From NCBI GenBank assembly GCA_965116685.1, contig OZ220707.1:1570625-1634624 (forward strand): DNA of 64,000 bases, in the 5' to 3' direction. Under the pieces are notes generated by a model. It searched no databases. It saw nothing but the letters and a program-made list of their open reading frames with translations, and had not been told where the DNA came from. Shown here in pieces: positions 54,400 through 64,000 of this stretch (position 1 is its first letter; every line of letters starts with the position of its first letter). The position numbers and the translations under genes were made by a program. The DNA is from Rhodothermales bacterium. Its GTDB lineage: Bacteria; Bacteroidota; Rhodothermia; Rhodothermales; Bin80.

Positions 54400-55161
54400 T
54401 TGATACGTCTTGGCTTGGAAATTCTAGGAATAGACATAGGGGGATCCGGGATTAAAGGAGCCCTGGTTGATATTGAGTCCGGGCAACTGACTTCGGAGCG
54501 TTTCCGTCTTGATACGCCCACCGGAGCATATCCAAGGGAGGTTGCGGAGGTCGTGCATGCGGTCACGAAACATTTTTCGTGGGGGAAAGGGATTGGAATC
54601 ACGATGCCTGTACGCATACGTGACGGCATCGCCTGTACGGCCGCAAATATTGATCAGTCCTGGATCGGCACAGATGTGGAAGCACTGTTTTCATCTACGC
54701 TGGACTCTGAAGTAACTGTGCTCAACGATGCAGATGCTGCCGGCTACGCAGAAGTCCATTATGGTGCAGCCAAAGGTGCGTCTGGAAAGACGCTCATACT
54801 AACCTTGGGCACGGGCATTGGCTCCAGCCTGTTCGTGGGACCTATCCTGGTCCCCAACTTGGAGTTTGGCCATCTACGCATGAGTGGTACCACTGCAGAA
54901 GCTTTGGCGGCTAACAGTATACGCAAGCGAGATCAACTGTCTTGGAAAAAGTGGGCGAAGCGTCTTCAAAAATACTTGACGTACATCGAATTTCTGCTGG
55001 ATCCGAACATGATTATTCTCGGTGGAGGGGTCAGTCGCCCGAAGCGCACAAAGCACTACTTTCACCTGCTCAAAACAAGAGCAGAACTTCTACCTGCACA
55101 TTTTCAGAATGAAGCCGGCATTATCGGGGCTGCGTGTGCTGCCCATACTCGAACGGTTTGA
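54400..55161 (+). CDS. ppgK: ROK-family polyphosphate glucokinase
   Basis: ILGIDIGGSGIKGALVD, LNDADAAGYAE, LTLGTGIGS, NLEFGH. Confidence 0.88.
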   Translation: MIRLGLEILGIDIGGSGIKGALVDIESGQLTSERFRLDTPTGAYPREVAEVVHAVTKHFSWGKGIGITMPVRIRDGIACTAANIDQSWIGTDVEALFSSTLDSEVTVLNDADAAGYAEVHYGAAKGASGKTLILTLGTGIGSSLFVGPILVPNLEFGHLRMSGTTAEALAANSIRKRDQLSWKKWAKRLQKYLTYIEFLLDPNMIILGGGVSRPKRTKHYFHLLKTRAELLPAHFQNEAGIIGAACAAHTRTV

Positions 55162-55970
55162 TGCCCCTTTCTCCATCAGTCATTCGACAGCGGCTTTCAT
55201 CTGATGACCCCGATCTGCAAAGATCTGGTTTTGATCACCTGATTGATGCACTCAATCGTGGATCGGTGCGGGCGGCTTCCCGTAATGAAAAGGGAATCTG
55301 GCAGGCTCATGCATGGGTGAAGAAGGGTCTGCTTTATGGATTTCGGACCGGAAGGCTGGAGAAGATCGCCGCAGAGCCGGCCCCTTTCTTTGATAAGCAT
55401 ACGTTCCCGCTCAAGCCCCTCAACGTCCAGGATCATGTTCGGCTGGTACCCGGGGGCTCTTCTATTCGGACTGGCTGTTATGTCAGTCCGAGTGTCATCT
55501 GCATGCCCCCGATGTACATCAATACAGGCGCATATGTTGATGAGGGAACCATGGTGGATTCGCATGCTCTCGTGGGCAGTTGTGCACAGGTTGGAAAACG
55601 TGTGCATGTGTCTGCTGCTGTGCAGATTGGTGGTGTATTGGAGCCTCCTGGGGCCCTACCGGTAATCATAGAGGATGACTGCTTTCTTGGCGGAGGCTGC
55701 GGTATCTATGAAGGCTGCATTGTTCGCGAAGGTGCTGTACTGGCCCCCGGTGTCATTCTGACCAATGCTACGCGGCTCTATGATCTAATCCATGAGCAGA
55801 TCGTCAAGCCGGGCGAGGTACCTTCCGGGGCGGTTGTCGTCCCCGGGAGCCGCTCCAAATCGGGCTCCTTTGCCCATGAGCATGGAATTGCCACATATGT
55901 GCCGGTAATCGTGAAATACCGAGACGATCAGACAGATGCAGCAACGGAACTGGAATCTGCACTACGTTAG
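55161..55970 (+). CDS. dapD: Tetrahydrodipicolinate N-succinyltransferase
   Basis: WVKKGLL, GAYVDEGTMVDSHALVGSCAQVG, QIGGVLEP. Confidence 0.95.
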   Translation: MPLSPSVIRQRLSSDDPDLQRSGFDHLIDALNRGSVRAASRNEKGIWQAHAWVKKGLLYGFRTGRLEKIAAEPAPFFDKHTFPLKPLNVQDHVRLVPGGSSIRTGCYVSPSVICMPPMYINTGAYVDEGTMVDSHALVGSCAQVGKRVHVSAAVQIGGVLEPPGALPVIIEDDCFLGGGCGIYEGCIVREGAVLAPGVILTNATRLYDLIHEQIVKPGEVPSGAVVVPGSRSKSGSFAHEHGIATYVPVIVKYRDDQTDAATELESALR

Positions 55971-56061
55971 CCTATCGAGTACTTAGACCTTAAAGCAGAG
56001 CTGCCCCGGCTGGTTAAGGTGTGAAGTATTCGCTTTTCCCAAGCGTTCCAGGACTACCCTG

Positions 56062-56565
56062 TCAGCTCACGCCGTTATTGAGGGATTCTTCAGGATCAGG
56101 GCATGTCCAAGGCAGCACATCTATCTCTCCGTTCTTCTGTCCTTGTCCTGCAATAATACATACACTACTCTCAAATAACTTAAGAACACATTTACCAAAT
56201 CTTGTTTGCGCGAGTCGCCCTGCTCCATCTTCAAGCAAACAGCTTTCGGATTCGTCCAAAAACCCATTCGTTTCGCTGAAGGACAGTGCAAATACCAAAG
56301 CCCAGGCATCGTTGCCCGTGAACTGAGAATAGGGTACGTTTCTGGAAGTTCGTCCCGAGGCACTGGCACCTTCTATCAATTCCGACTCATCAGTACCCAT
56401 AATCAAGACGGCATCGCCCGTCGCATAACGTTTCATCAATGATGTAATCTCATCGAGATACTCGTCTTGCCCCTCTGTTTCGACAGTATTTTGGCAAGCC
56501 ACAAACGTGATTCCGAAGATCAATGAGAAGAGTCCACCAAAAATAAAAAGGGGTTTCATGTGCAC
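56062..56565 (-). CDS. Hypothetical lipoprotein
   Basis: Signal peptide ending FVAC; cysteine-containing C-terminus. Confidence 0.6.
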   Translation of the reverse strand: MHMKPLFIFGGLFSLIFGITFVACQNTVETEGQDEYLDEITSLMKRYATGDAVLIMGTDESELIEGASASGRTSRNVPYSQFTGNDAWALVFALSFSETNGFLDESESCLLEDGAGRLAQTRFGKCVLKLFESSVCIIAGQGQKNGEIDVLPWTCPDPEESLNNGVS

Positions 56566-56938
56566 GATTAAAGGATTTTGTTAGAGAGCCAGGAGCATAA
56601 TCATTCAGATTAATAATTTACTCGCTCCGCACTGTGATTGGGATCACATCGGAACAGCCCTGTGCCAAGCTACGCACCAGAGAATTAGAAATTACAAACG
56701 GTGATTGGCTTGAGTCTTTTTGATGCTTCACCATCCTCGCTATTGCCCGGTATGGATATGCATATGAGGAACCACTGGGGCAGAGAATCTATCAAGATGA
56801 CTTGCCCCATAACGCATTGCCACCACCCTCTACTAATAGCCTGTCGGCATCGCTCACAGGTAGTCGCAATTTATGTATATTAACCGTGGCTTCACAATTC
56901 GATCATTGTCAAAATCTCACTCTAGTTGACTCATCCAC

Positions 56939-58396
56939 ATGATTAATCGTAATCGTCTCTTTTATGGCAGTTGCCTTGCCTTGTTAACGACAGCATTTGC
57001 TTTCACCGTCATTTCCGGTATTGCCTTCTCGGTGAAATCAGAATTTGTCCTCACCAATGCACAGCTGGGGGTTTTCACTGGTGTATTCTTCATTGGATTT
57101 ACCATCAGTCAGGCCATTTTTTCTCCGCTCTGCGACATCATCGGAATGCGGTGGATTGTGCGGGGAGCATTCGTGATGCATGTAGCCGGGGCGATCCTGA
57201 TCATGACCGCCCAAGGCTATGTGCCTGCCGTTGCCGGTTCACTGTGTGCCGGACTTGGTGCCGGCTTGGTTGAAGCCGGGTGTAACCCCCTTGTTGCAGC
57301 GCTCTATCCAGACAACAAGACTTCCAAGCTGAATCACTTTCACATGTGGTTCCCCTACGGAAATCTGATTGCCGCCCTCCTTCTGACTTTGGTCTTCGCA
57401 CAACTTGGAAGTGGTTGGCGCGCACAACCTTTACTGATCTTGATCCCCGCGCTGGGATATGGCTTGATGATGTTTACCGCTCCCTTCCCACAAACGGAAG
57501 GAGTCCAGGCTGGTATCTCTGTAGGTGAGTCATTCAAAGCACTCTTTGCCCCGATTATGCTCATCATGTTGCCTATGATGTTGCTTACGGCCTCCATGGA
57601 GCTCCCCCCGTCAAGTTGGGTTCCCCCAGTACTTCAAGCAGGCGGGATCAATGGGTTGCTCGTGTTTGGATTTGTCTTTGGCATCATGGGCACACTTCGC
57701 CTCCTCGCCGGCCCGGTCGTTCGGGTTCTTACCCCGACCGGCATCCTGTTTGGGGGCGCCGTTCTTGCCACATTGGGACTCTATCTGTTCAGTATGGCGG
57801 AATCAACGCTAATGGCTTTTCTGACGGCTGCAATCTGGGCTGTCGGGATTGCTTATTTCTGGCCAACCATGCTGGGTTATGTGTCTGAGCGAAACCCCAA
57901 GAGTGGAGCCCTGGGGCTCGGTGTGATGGGGGCCGTCGGAATGTTGGCTTCCTTCCTTGTCACGCCTTGGCTGGGGAGCGTAGCCGATGATCGGGGACAC
58001 GATACATTGGACAATGCAGTGGTTGTCGAAATATTTGAAGATGTGAATCTCCAATTCCCGGGCGAGGCCGAAACCGCTGGAGTACAAGCCGTTGATATTA
58101 TGGCGGTGAATACGACGGTTGCAGAGGTACTGGGACAGCGCGACAGTAACGGGGATTTGCCTCGCGGAGCTACGATGCAGGCGCTCAGAGCCATCAGTGG
58201 ATCCGGTATAGATTTGGAGGTCGTGGAACGAGCACAGGCGGAACTGAACCCTGCAGACAATGCGGGAGGCCGACGATCTTTCCGTACGCTGGCCCCCTTT
58301 GGGTTCATTCTGATCGTGGTATTCGGGCTTCTCCTGGTGCGGGACCTTCGGGCCGGTGGTTACCGAGCAAAAAAACTCGGCAGTCAGGAGGAATAG
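56939..58396 (+). CDS. MFS transporter
   Basis: About 12 hydrophobic helices; CDIIGMR loop; GLVEAGCNPLVAALYP; soluble insert before the last helix. Confidence 0.9.
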   Translation: MINRNRLFYGSCLALLTTAFAFTVISGIAFSVKSEFVLTNAQLGVFTGVFFIGFTISQAIFSPLCDIIGMRWIVRGAFVMHVAGAILIMTAQGYVPAVAGSLCAGLGAGLVEAGCNPLVAALYPDNKTSKLNHFHMWFPYGNLIAALLLTLVFAQLGSGWRAQPLLILIPALGYGLMMFTAPFPQTEGVQAGISVGESFKALFAPIMLIMLPMMLLTASMELPPSSWVPPVLQAGGINGLLVFGFVFGIMGTLRLLAGPVVRVLTPTGILFGGAVLATLGLYLFSMAESTLMAFLTAAIWAVGIAYFWPTMLGYVSERNPKSGALGLGVMGAVGMLASFLVTPWLGSVADDRGHDTLDNAVVVEIFEDVNLQFPGEAETAGVQAVDIMAVNTTVAEVLGQRDSNGDLPRGATMQALRAISGSGIDLEVVERAQAELNPADNAGGRRSFRTLAPFGFILIVVFGLLLVRDLRAGGYRAKKLGSQEE

Positions 58397-58412
58397 GAGT
58401 ACTCAACGTGAT

Positions 58413-61349
58413 TTAATCCGTCGGCGGGATCATTGCATCCCGAAGCACCTCTGCCGGATGCAGCACGCGCTCAATATCGTAGTGCTGCAACTGATGGCGG
58501 CAGCTGGTGCCCGGGGCGACGATCAGTGCATCACTGCCAGCACTGCGCATCTCGGGAACTAGGCGCCTTTCTGCCATCTTTCGGGAGATTGCGTAGTGCT
58601 CTTTCTCATAGCCAAAGGCACCCGCCATCCCACAACAACTGGAGTCCACCTCACGCACGCGATAGTTTGCAGGTAAGGCCAGGATTTTTCGTGTTGGCTC
58701 CGTCCCTACAAGTGCACGCTGATGACAATGCCCATGCAGCAAAACCTCTTTTGCTGTGCTGGTGAAGGTCATTGGCAATTGTCCTTCTTCTGCGAGGCGG
58801 GCGATAAACTCGTCAAAGAGTACGGCCTGACTAGCAACCACCCGTGCATCTTCACTTTCCGGCAACAGATACAGGTATTCGTCACGCATGGATAGCAAAC
58901 AACTCGGCTCCAAACCAATGATGGGCAGTCCCTGCTTTGCATATGGTAATAACCGCTCAATGGTATCCTTTGCTGCAGCACGGGCCTTGCTTACCAGCCC
59001 CTTCGAAATCAACGGCCGCCCACAGCAGCGATGCCCCGGCAGGATAACCTCAAAGCCGGCTGCCTCCAGCACTTCAACGGCTGCAATGGATACATGAGGA
59101 TCGTTAAAGGTGTTAAAGGTGTCATGAAACAGCACCACCTGCTGCTTCTGTGCTCCATTTCGTGAGCGCTTCCTGAACCAGGCAGTAAAGGGATGTCGTG
59201 CAAATGCCGGCAGCTTGCGCTGCATGGAGATCCCCAGTGCGCGATCCAGCATGAAACGTACCGGAAAACTCCCCAGAACCCCGTTGAATACAGGCGCGAG
59301 TATGCCGCTGGCCAGTCGACTGACTCTTGCAATATCCCCAAACATGCGACTGCGTAGTGGGATGCCATGCTTCTTGTAATACTGCGCCAGGAATTCGAAT
59401 TTGATTTTTGCCATGTCCACCGATGAGGGACACTCAGACTTACATCCTTTACATTCGACACACAGATCCATCACCTCATACATACGCTTACTGGTCAACT
59501 CTTCATGGGGCAATGCACCCGAAAGTGCTGCCCTCAGAGCATTGGCACGACCTCGGGTCGTATGCTCTTCCTCATGGGTTACCATGAAACTTGGACACAT
59601 CACTCCCGCCGTTTCCTTGCGACAGATCCCCGCTCCATTACACATCTCCACTGCACGGTCAAATCCATGCTCCTCGCTGAAGTCAAGATTCAACTCCAGT
59701 GGAATCACCTCATAGTCGGGGCCATAACGCAAATTTTCTGTTCCAGCAGGTGCATCCACGACTACCCCCTGATTCAACAGTCCATCGGGATCCCAGATTT
59801 GCTTCACCTTCTGGTATAGTTGGTACAAGTCCGGCCCAAAAAAACGCTCATTCACCCAGCTCCGCGCCCGTCCATCTCCATGCTCGCTGGAGAGTGCACC
59901 CCCATACCCCTGCAGCAAGTCAACGGCAAACTCAAGGATTTCCGGGATCTTGGCAATCTCCGATGCTTCTTTGGTATTAATCAGGGGGCGAATATGGACA
60001 CAACCCGCACTGGCATGCGCATAATAGGCGACCCGGGTATCCCTCTCCCCACAGAAATGGCCGATTTTTTCTACATACTCTGCCAGGTGCTCGGTTGGAA
60101 CGGCTGCGTCTTCGATAAAGGGGATCGGCTTATGATCGCCCTTGATACTCATCAACAGCCCCAGGCCTGCTTTCCGAACCGTCCACACATTGCTCTGTCG
60201 ACTGGGCTCCAGCACTGGCAGCACACAGTCCTTATGGCCTTGTCCGGCAAGGATGGTGCACAGAGTTTCAATCTTTGAACGCAGTTCTGATTCGCCACTC
60301 CCATAAAATTCTGTAATGAGAATACAATCCGGATCTCCCTCAATGAACGTAGAAAGAAGTCGTGCATATTCGGGGACATCCTTACATAATCGCAATCCCA
60401 GGTTATCCAATAACTCAATTGCACTGGGATTGGCTTCCAGAATAGCTGGAATTTGTCGGAGTGCTTCTACGGTGGAATTGAAGTGGACGATTGCTACGCC
60501 TTTGGCCTCCGGGATGGGAACCAGGTTCAGCGTTACATCCTGAATCACTGCCAGGGTCCCCTCCGCACCGCATACCAGTTTTGCCAGATTAAACCGATTG
60601 TCCTGGGGAACCTTGAAGGATACAGCTTCCCCAACAAACCGATCCAAGTTGTACCCTCCACAGCGCCGCCAGTGGCGAGGTGTTCCCTCAATAATTGTTT
60701 CGCGATGCTCTGGCGATTCGACTAGCTCTATCATGCCCCGATAGAGCCTTCCCTCCGCACCACTTCGCTGTGCCCTCTTTTTGATTTCTTCTGCTCCTAC
60801 GGGCCCTAGATGTGCCTGTGCGCCGTCACTCAGCACGACATTCATATTGAGGACATGATCGGCCGTCATGCCATAACAGATGGAATGGCTTCCAGTTGAG
60901 TTATTGCTGACAATCCCTCCCAAAGCAGCTCGATTACTGCTGGCTGGATCCGGGCCGAACTGCAATCCGGTCGGTGCGATGCTGTGGTTGAGTTGATCCA
61001 GGACAAGGCCCGGCTCCGCCCGTACCCAGCCTTCTGCCTCGTTCACTTCCAGGATTCGATTTAAATGACGAGTAAAATCCATGACCACTGCTTCGGAAAC
61101 CGCCTGTCCAGCGAGGCTGCTACCCCCGGTCCGAGGAAGAATCGGGATGCCAAATTTGGCAGCGAGCGTAACCGCCGCGTGCACATCATCCCTTGAAGCC
61201 GGAAAAAAGACGCCATGCGGCATCACACTGTAAATGCTGGCATCCGTACTGTAGAGGACGCGGCTATATTCGTCCGCCCGAACCTCTCCCTGGCTCTCCC
61301 TTTTGAGTGCACGCAAAAAATCTGCCAACGCCAGATCCTTGTTTTGCAT
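58413..61349 (-). CDS. FAD-binding / Fe-S oxidoreductase (GlcD-GlcF-like fusion)
   Basis: PRTGGSSLAGQ, SSEHGDG, CNGAGIC, CVECKGCKSECP, CCG and CCGMAG motifs. Confidence 0.92.
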   Translation of the reverse strand: MQNKDLALADFLRALKRESQGEVRADEYSRVLYSTDASIYSVMPHGVFFPASRDDVHAAVTLAAKFGIPILPRTGGSSLAGQAVSEAVVMDFTRHLNRILEVNEAEGWVRAEPGLVLDQLNHSIAPTGLQFGPDPASSNRAALGGIVSNNSTGSHSICYGMTADHVLNMNVVLSDGAQAHLGPVGAEEIKKRAQRSGAEGRLYRGMIELVESPEHRETIIEGTPRHWRRCGGYNLDRFVGEAVSFKVPQDNRFNLAKLVCGAEGTLAVIQDVTLNLVPIPEAKGVAIVHFNSTVEALRQIPAILEANPSAIELLDNLGLRLCKDVPEYARLLSTFIEGDPDCILITEFYGSGESELRSKIETLCTILAGQGHKDCVLPVLEPSRQSNVWTVRKAGLGLLMSIKGDHKPIPFIEDAAVPTEHLAEYVEKIGHFCGERDTRVAYYAHASAGCVHIRPLINTKEASEIAKIPEILEFAVDLLQGYGGALSSEHGDGRARSWVNERFFGPDLYQLYQKVKQIWDPDGLLNQGVVVDAPAGTENLRYGPDYEVIPLELNLDFSEEHGFDRAVEMCNGAGICRKETAGVMCPSFMVTHEEEHTTRGRANALRAALSGALPHEELTSKRMYEVMDLCVECKGCKSECPSSVDMAKIKFEFLAQYYKKHGIPLRSRMFGDIARVSRLASGILAPVFNGVLGSFPVRFMLDRALGISMQRKLPAFARHPFTAWFRKRSRNGAQKQQVVLFHDTFNTFNDPHVSIAAVEVLEAAGFEVILPGHRCCGRPLISKGLVSKARAAAKDTIERLLPYAKQGLPIIGLEPSCLLSMRDEYLYLLPESEDARVVASQAVLFDEFIARLAEEGQLPMTFTSTAKEVLLHGHCHQRALVGTEPTRKILALPANYRVREVDSSCCGMAGAFGYEKEHYAISRKMAERRLVPEMRSAGSDALIVAPGTSCRHQLQHYDIERVLHPAEVLRDAMIPPTD

Positions 61350-61594
61350 TAATCGCTATTACTGGTGTACAGGATTCTCCAGATCCGGTCTCGCATTGAG
61401 TCAGCTACATACACGTCACCATTCTCTCGAACCACCAAGTGTCGTGCCCACCCTAGTGAGTCTGCCACCACGACTGCATAAAACCCGGCCGGCAGGAGTA
61501 ATCCGTCACTGTCTTCCAAACAGGTGGGTTCCTGGAATTGCTTCACCGCACAGGCCGCAATTAGCAAGAAAGGAAGTATGGCAGATGATTTCAT
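61349..61594 (-). pseudogene. Internally deleted glucose/sorbosone dehydrogenase-like beta-propeller gene
   Basis: Lipoprotein signal + LLLPAGFYAVVVADSLGWARHLVVRENGDVYV (first blade) fused to ADSMRDRIWRILY (last blade). Confidence 0.7.
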
Positions 61595-63147
61595 TCGGGG
61601 GGTTCCGTGTTTTGATCACCAAAGAGCATCGGCATTTCGCCGGGAATTTTTCGGTTGAAGTGCTGATAGGCCCGTTTTGTGGCAATACGCCCCCGGGAAG
61701 TGCGCTGCATGTATCCCTCCTGGATCAGGTAGGGTTCATAGACTTCTTCGATGGTGCCTGATTCTTCGCCCACCGATACGGACAGAGTCGAGAGTCCGGC
61801 AGGCCCCCCATCAAATTTATCAATCAGACTCAGAAGAATGCGTGTATCCATGTCGTCAAGTCCTTCTGTGTCTACATCCAGGGCGGTGAGTGCTCGGTCA
61901 GCTGTTTTGAGACTGATACAACCATCCCCTTCGACTTGTGCAAAATCCCGTGCGCGACGTAGAAGGCGGTTTGCAATGCGCGGAGTCCCCCGGCTTCGAC
62001 GGGCGATTTCCCATGCCCCCTTCTTTTCAATTGAGACGTTCAGGATGCTTGCAGAGCGCATCAGGATCGCCTGAAGCAGTTCAGTACTGTAGTAATCATA
62101 TCGAAAATCTATCCCGAACCGGCTGCGCAGGGGAGCAGTCAGTAATCCTTTTCGTGTGGTTGCTCCAACCATTGTAAACCTGGGAAGCGGAATTTTTACA
62201 CTTCGGGCATTGGGACCACTGTCAATGACAATGTCAATATAATAATCCTCCATGGCCGAATAGAGATATTCTTCGACCAGCGGGGACAGCCGATGCATTT
62301 CATCAATGAACAGGACATCGCCTTCTTTCAATTTCGTAAGGATTCCTGCCAGATCTGCCGGCTTATCAAGAACGGGGCCGGATGAAGTCGTGATTGAGGC
62401 CCCCATTTCCTCTGCGATAATATGGCCAAGCGTTGTGTTGTGGTTACAGAAACCGTTCCCGATAAATGAATGTGACTCGGGAACGACAAAATCGAAGGTT
62501 TCTGCCTCTGATGACTCAATCCGCGTGACTGTAGCCCACTCAAACGGACGTGTTATTTTGGGTCTTTCCGGATGAGAGCCTCCCAGGGCGGCTATATCTC
62601 TGCCCGTCAGGCCGAGCCCCCTCTGGCCTATGGACAAGTTCTTTGGACATACCAAAACATCATCCCCTTCCTTGATGGATGCGAGGGGGCGCCAAGTCAG
62701 AGAACCTTGCCTTTCTGCCAATAATGGATGTCTTGGTGTGCCTTCTATAGATTGACCACGGTTCGTACTGAGGCGGATCGTAGGCCCGCACCCACTCGCA
62801 TATACATGCGACGTACGCTCGGCTCCACATGCCCCCATAACGGTCACGGTATGCTTCCTGTATTCCCCAGGTCTCAGGTTATCCGGAATCAGACATCCCA
62901 TGGGGACATCACCTTCTGGAGTTTGAATTTGTGTATCTGCGGTCACACACTTTCCTAATCCTGGGGGGCCGGACAAGAGTACATGGTCCAGCGCTTCTTC
63001 GCGCTCTAGAGCAGCCTGCATAAATATGCTCAGATTGCTCTTGATTTTATCCTGTCCGATGAAATCTTTCAGCTTTCGTGGCCGAAGCCGTCTCTCAAAA
63101 TCTTCATCGTGCATTTTGGGTGCAACGGTACCCGGACGATCAGTCAT
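61591..63147 (-). CDS. ruvB: Holliday junction branch-migration helicase containing a mini-intein
   Basis: [21 protein letters not shown] split by an insert, [19 protein letters not shown]; 518-171 = 347 aa mature length. Confidence 0.96.
   Translation of the reverse strand: MTDRPGTVAPKMHDEDFERRLRPRKLKDFIGQDKIKSNLSIFMQAALEREEALDHVLLSGPPGLGKCVTADTQIQTPEGDVPMGCLIPDNLRPGEYRKHTVTVMGACGAERTSHVYASGCGPTIRLSTNRGQSIEGTPRHPLLAERQGSLTWRPLASIKEGDDVLVCPKNLSIGQRGLGLTGRDIAALGGSHPERPKITRPFEWATVTRIESSEAETFDFVVPESHSFIGNGFCNHNTTLGHIIAEEMGASITTSSGPVLDKPADLAGILTKLKEGDVLFIDEMHRLSPLVEEYLYSAMEDYYIDIVIDSGPNARSVKIPLPRFTMVGATTRKGLLTAPLRSRFGIDFRYDYYSTELLQAILMRSASILNVSIEKKGAWEIARRSRGTPRIANRLLRRARDFAQVEGDGCISLKTADRALTALDVDTEGLDDMDTRILLSLIDKFDGGPAGLSTLSVSVGEESGTIEEVYEPYLIQEGYMQRTSRGRIATKRAYQHFNRKIPGEMPMLFGDQNTEPPE
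62437..62949 (-). mobile_element. Mini-intein (171 aa) in the RuvB Walker A motif
   Basis: Starts CVTADTQI, block [10 protein letters not shown], ends [21 protein letters not shown] followed by Thr. Confidence 0.93.
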
Positions 63148-63278
63148 AAGTATATAGGAGACGAATTGTGTATTGCATGAATTATCTAGAGTATTCTCTG
63201 CTCAGGTTGCAAACCCCGTAGCCACCTGCTACGTTTCAAGTACCGGTTGCGACTAAACATAAGATAGATCCTCAAAAT

Positions 63279-64000
63279 ATGCTGAATCTGAGCCAGGAGC
63301 TAAGGCTACAGCAGAAGCTGTCCCCTCAGCAGATCCAGTACATCAAATTATTGCAACTGCCAACCCTTGCTTTGCAGCAGCGCATTCAGCAGGAGCTGGA
63401 AATGAATCCTCTTCTGGAAGAGGGGGCGCCGGATGAAATCATATCGGGGGCTGAGGAAGAGTCTATGGAAAGCAGTAATGAAGAAGAATTTGATTTGGAA
63501 GACTTGCTCCCGGATGTAGATGACCTGTATGGATACAAAGCCCGCGTAGATAATCATCAGGAGGACCGAGAGACACCAATCACATCCGCGGAATCCATGA
63601 CGGATTATCTGCGCAGTCAGAAAGGATTTTTGAATCTGGACCGACGGGACACGTTGATTGCAGAACAAATCATTGGATCCATCGATGAGGACGGTTACCT
63701 GAGACGAGAACTCGCTTCGATCGTCGATGATATTACATTCAATTACCGGGAGGAACTCTCAGAAAAGGATGTACTGCGTGTCTTGCGTTGTATTCAGCGG
63801 CTTGACCCGCCTGGCATTGCAGCGCGCAGCGTACAGGAATGTCTACTCATCCAACTGGAACTGATGCCAGAGGATACTCCCGGACATGCTGTTGCTGTTC
63901 AGGTGATCACCAAGCTATTTGCTGCTTTTTCCCGAAGACAGTATGGGCGGATCATAGAGCGTCTGAATATTGGCGATGCCTCTCTCAAAGCTGCTATAGA
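63279..64000 (+). CDS. rpoN: RNA polymerase sigma-54 factor (partial, runs off the window)
   Basis: MLNLSQELRLQQKLSPQQIQYIKLLQLPTLAL...ELEMNPLLE; IIGSIDEDGYL; IQRLDPPGIAARSVQECLLIQL. Missing from the ORF track because it has no stop within the window. Confidence 0.93.
   Translation, partial: MLNLSQELRLQQKLSPQQIQYIKLLQLPTLALQQRIQQELEMNPLLEEGAPDEIISGAEEESMESSNEEEFDLEDLLPDVDDLYGYKARVDNHQEDRETPITSAESMTDYLRSQKGFLNLDRRDTLIAEQIIGSIDEDGYLRRELASIVDDITFNYREELSEKDVLRVLRCIQRLDPPGIAARSVQECLLIQLELMPEDTPGHAVAVQVITKLFAAFSRRQYGRIIERLNIGDASLKAAI

Noticed and set aside
63348-63668. 106-aa minus-strand ORF
   Set aside because: Antisense to the partial rpoN gene.

Overview
Bacterial chromosome segment, probably Rhodothermota/Bacteroidota-like (inferred from the style of the RpoN, DnaE, DnaG and DapD sequences), that looks heavily eroded by insertion sequences. 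The left ~30 kb is a defence-island-like region. It holds four large co-oriented genes: HTH-XRE + nuclease-like + helical repeats; HEPN-like + helical repeats; and a coupled pair of STAND/AAA-type ATPases, the first with an internal amber stop. It also holds a SNF2-mod-res type III restriction-modification locus whose res gene is split by an IS4-family element with a DUF4338/Mom-like-fused transposase, nested IS110/ISNCY/IS21 remnants, a Schlafen/AlbA_2-GHKL protein and an EEP nuclease fusion. The right part is mostly housekeeping: a zinc metalloprotease, katG, dnaE, arsC, smr, dnaG, ppgK, dapD, an MFS transporter, an FAD/Fe-S oxidoreductase, ruvB and a partial rpoN. It carries two apparently identical 1932-bp IS1634-family copies flanked by very long direct repeats (390 bp, which rebuilds an intact katG, and 116 bp), a second IS1634-family element, mini-inteins in DnaE and RuvB, and an older 256-bp duplicated intergenic region around a small cargo block. 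No rRNA, tRNA or CRISPR array was recognised. All domain calls come from motif recognition by eye, not database searches.
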